From: Leptogorgia sarmentosa
Lineage: Eukaryota
Length of the DNA stretch: 64,000 nucleotides
Direction of reading: 5' to 3'
NCBI GenBank assembly: GCA_964658305.1
Contig: OZ210885.1
Location: 9,424,001-9,488,000 of the forward strand
Shown: positions 60,240 to 64,000 of the stretch, piece after piece
Position numbering within the stretch: position 1 is the first letter of the stretch
Layout of the letters: each line of letters starts with the position of its first letter
Made by a program: the position numbers and the translations under genes
Notes under the pieces: model-generated
What the model was told of the DNA's origin: nothing
Seen by the model: only the letters and a program-made list of their open reading frames with translations
Database searches by the model: none

Positions 60240-61274
60240 CTATTGATCAAGAAGGAAAAAATAATCAATTCAGAAATTGAAGTAAACATTAAAAGTATAT
60301 TTCTGTAACCGTCACAAATAGGTTGTGCATGATCATAAAAATCTTAGCAATTTAAGGATTTATATACAATGAAAAGAAAATTCTTGAAGAGTGGATTAAA
60401 TACTGTATCTAATATGGCTGGATACTTTAACAAGCAGCAAAAGTTCTACTCACCAACTGAACGATATGGCAGTGAATTTGTTTTGTAACGTTTAGGTAGT
60501 AAGTAGAACTTTTGTTGCTTGTTGATGTTATTATATCCGGAACCTACACAGCAGTTTTATCATAGAAGATATTTTCATCATCACAAATGGAGATGTATTT
60601 TTCACTTGTAAAAAAATGCACACATTGAGCTATCGCTAGCACCTCCATTCATATGACGTTGCATTGATAAACAACTTTGTAGCAATAAATTACGATGAAC
60701 TACTAGACTACCATCCTTTAAATATTTATAATGTAAGAACTGGTGGAATTGTGAGAAAGTACATTAGAATGCGATACGATTTAGCGGATTGTGAAAAGTC
60801 AAGATGCAAATATATATTGTAATGTAATATATTATTGTTCCCACATGCTGGACCATTTGTCAATATTTTAAATATATATAAGTTTCATAAAAAAATCTGG
60901 TTTGTATTTATTACCGATAATAGGAGGGATTTGCACAGAAATTAATCAATGCAAACACGATATAGGAATATTCGCGCCCTCTCACCCATTTAGCCACACC
61001 AAAATTGTGCAAATTTACACTTATTCAGTGTCCGCTGAACACTTCGGAATTTAGAGTTTGGTCGCATATTGAACCTTATTCTAGTGGACTAGACCATAAA
61101 CTATCAAAAGAATGGACTGGAAACGCACGCTGAAACTGCACAACAACCGTGATACGCTTTATGTGGAACCACGTAACTTCACATTAAATCCTTTCCAAGA
61201 CTTCGTATAGACATATTTGAAACCAGAAGAGAAATGAGTGGGCAAAAATTCATTGTTGCAATAAGTGGTGAGAA

Positions 61275-61772
61275 ATTTTATATCTTGATATTTTGCTTGC
61301 GTTGTGTTTGTCATTGTTGCCTTTCAGTATCAAATATTCCGTATCTCTACACTCTTCTTTATACTCCTGTAATAAACAAATTACTTCCCAGTTGCTCGTT
61401 TGCACCGTTATATACTCGCTGTGATCGCTAAGCTCACGATCGTATAAGCTAAGATCGTATTTAGCGATCCATCACAATTGGTAAATAAAAATTATATGCA
61501 CTCGCCAACCGTGAAGTAGCCAATATCTATGTATTGTCTTTCCATCTTAGACAGTCGCCAAATCTCATAAAACATTTCCCTTTCGTCAATGATGTAAATA
61601 GAGATGTCTACCGTACGATTCGCAAATAATAAAATTCGAACAAACGAGACAACTGCACATGAAGTAATTTGTTTATTATATGAATACAAGGAATAGTGTA
61701 GAGATATGGAATATTTGATACACACAGACGACAATGACAAACACAACACGAGCGAAACATCAAAATATAAAA
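61275..61772. mobile_element. Old MITE-like element with ~110-bp imperfect inverted arms
   Basis: ~61276-61388 versus ~61661-61771 (gtgtttgtcattgt...tatcaaatattcc.tatctctacact...taataaacaaattacttc). Confidence 0.6.
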
Positions 61773-62293
61773 TATCTTAGCTTACTGTATTGCTTTGTTT
61801 TCAAGGAGGTTTATATCGTCATTCTGCATGAATTTAGTTGAAATTTTGTAATTACGATTGGTTATAAGAATACCAAAGGAATTCTTTTCTTTACATGCAA
61901 TTATCTTAGGGAATACAAATCAAAAGGCAATTAACGTAGGCCTAATTAATCTACGAAAGCCTGCTATCCATTCAAATGTACTTAACCACCGGTTTTCTGT
62001 CTTCATATCAGCGCAGAGCGTTGCGCAGACAAGAACGTTTCTCATTAACTATTCCGATTTGCTTATTATACACGAGTTCTACAAGATTTGAATTTCCAGG
62101 TAAATTTGTTCTACGTAAAAATAGTAGTTTTTGAACATGGTACAGTACTTGAAGCACAAAAATTAACAAGGTTGAGGCTAGGTTCATATGAATTTAGTAA
62201 AATGAAAATAAATTTAGTGAAATGAAATGAAAACGAGATCGTCCGCAACCTATTTATAAGAAAGCTGGCCCAAATAGACAATTTGAACTATAC

Positions 62294-62526
62294 CTGTGAC
62301 AGAAAAGCACTGTGTGTGAAGATTCCAAACTCTGAAAGTTCCATCTCTAGATGCGGAAACACATCTAGAGTCATCACGAGCGACTGTAATACCTGTGACA
62401 TCATTTGAATGATCAGAGAAACTGTTTTCTTCCATGTACGCAGCAGTTCCCAGGTTCCAAACCCTGATACTTCCATCCCCTGACGCTGTCAATGCCTTCT
62501 TTGCATTGGGAATTATTGCAAGACCG
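62294..62526 (-). CDS. WD40-repeat protein, internal exon
   Basis: tttcag|C GGT (SGLAIIPNAKKALTASGDGSIRVWNL...HSNDVTG...SASRDGTFRVWNL)...ACAG|gtatag; 233 nt, phase 2 to 1. Confidence 0.9.
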
Positions 62527-63819
62527 CTGAAATATTAAAAGCTGATTGTTTATTTCGAATAATAATTTGTTCTACCGAAAAAAGGCAAAGACGATCTCTG
62601 CCAGACCATTGATTGTTCAAGAAACCAATGTTATCAAAATATGCTGTATAATTTATTCATAAATGATCAGGGAAATATGTCGTATTCATCAAATGTTAGT
62701 GCAAATGAAAACTACATCTAAGGTCACTTCATATTTTGCAAAAATCTTTCTATTACTATGTCGACAACAATTAAGAAGATAGATAGATAGATAGATGGGA
62801 GCCCTATAGACATATTGTGGAGTTCAGCACTCTTGATAATCAACGAAAGCAACAATACAAGATAGAGTAATGATAGATGTACAACAGGTAAAATTATGTT
62901 GCATGGGATGTCATACGCTTCGGACTAGATTTTAGTCTAAGCAAGATGAACAAAATCTTTCACCAATTAGTAATACTGCAAAATTCAATCGCAAAAGGTT
63001 GCAAAGTACGGAAAATACAGTTGACAAATTTGTATACTTTTTGTATTTGCGTGAATTAGTAACAAATTTAATTATCAGTTTCAGCGCCCGTCATACAAAT
63101 GGATACCAATCTGCAACTTCGCACGGCTATATTTTCCGTATTCAGCACTTTTCGCATTCAACACCCAGGACGCGGGCGAGTGGGCCGGGCAGGCAACTGC
63201 ACCCCCCTCCCATCCCCTCCGATGACTTGCCAGAATTCTGACAACGATCTTTTTGTAAAAATGAAGGAATCTAGACTTCAACAAGATTTATTAGGTCTGT
63301 CCCCAAACCCGCCTAGAGCGTAATCACTAATGTGCATTTTCAAGCGCCCAATCGTGAGTTTTTTTCGATGTATTATTGGATGTATTATCCAACATTTCAC
63401 AACCAAACATTTAGTTTTTCTAATTTTGATAACGTCACAAAATGTCCTTCGTTTATGTTTAAAATCTTTCTAAAGCGCAAGTCGTCTATTGCATTGCAGA
63501 TAAGCTTAAAGTATGTAGCACGGCTATAGCCAGAGCAAATTAGTATAATGGTGAAATAAATAGAAATTCTTATATGACTGAAAATTAACTTCATGGAGTT
63601 CATGCTCGCTATCTTTTCAAGTAATCAAAAACCGATTTCAGAAAGCAGTACGTCTTAGTCTGACTGTGAAATATTGTATTAAATGTATACAATGGATAAG
63701 ACAGAATATGGAGCGTCATAAGCTTAATGTTATATATTGGGTCTTCGTTGTTGCCTTGCCATATAACGATGCTTTCGAGAAAATACCGGCAAATTAAATA
63801 GTTCCTGGAGTGAACCCAC

Positions 63820-64000
63820 CTGATGTCCGCGGAATGACCTTCATAACAGGAAAGTGACTTTCCAGTGTGGAAACACCACAACCTCACACAACCTTTAAGG
63901 TCTCCAGAAATAATATACTTTTTATCACCGCTCACAGCAATACTGGAAACAAGACATCGAACGTCAAGGGTACGAATTTCCTGATACGTTTTTAAATCCC
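63820..64000 (-). CDS. WD40-repeat protein, exon running off the window edge
   Basis: DLKTYQEIRTL...IISGDLKGCVRLWC...GHSADI, then AG|gtgggt, phase 2. Confidence 0.88.

Overview
AT-rich animal genomic DNA, probably an invertebrate (spliceosomal introns, eukaryotic tRNAs, LTR retrotransposons; the hairpin repeats resemble those I associate with cnidarian genomes, which is inference). Bases 1-33056 form a giant imperfect palindrome with its axis at about 16022 and a 6-nt spacer. From outside in, each arm carries the last exon of a WD40 gene, a fibrinogen-like pseudogene fragment, a dense cluster of tRNA genes and pseudogenes, and intronless C2H2 zinc-finger genes. The left arm has 2 zinc-finger copies; the right arm has 4 in a ~2.12-kb tandem array. 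All six copies carry nonsense mutations. A hairpin repeat element is duplicated head-to-head at the axis. Bases 32121-64000 hold the 3' part of a minus-strand WD40 gene, with seven exons that splice in frame. Its introns contain a DIRS-type tyrosine recombinase remnant, a full-length Gypsy element (tRNA-His PBS, MITE in its 5' LTR), a BEL/Pao element with two nested Tc1-like insertions (one a DD37E transposase fused in frame to the Pao integrase), and several MITEs. Coordinates were read by eye and no database searches were run.
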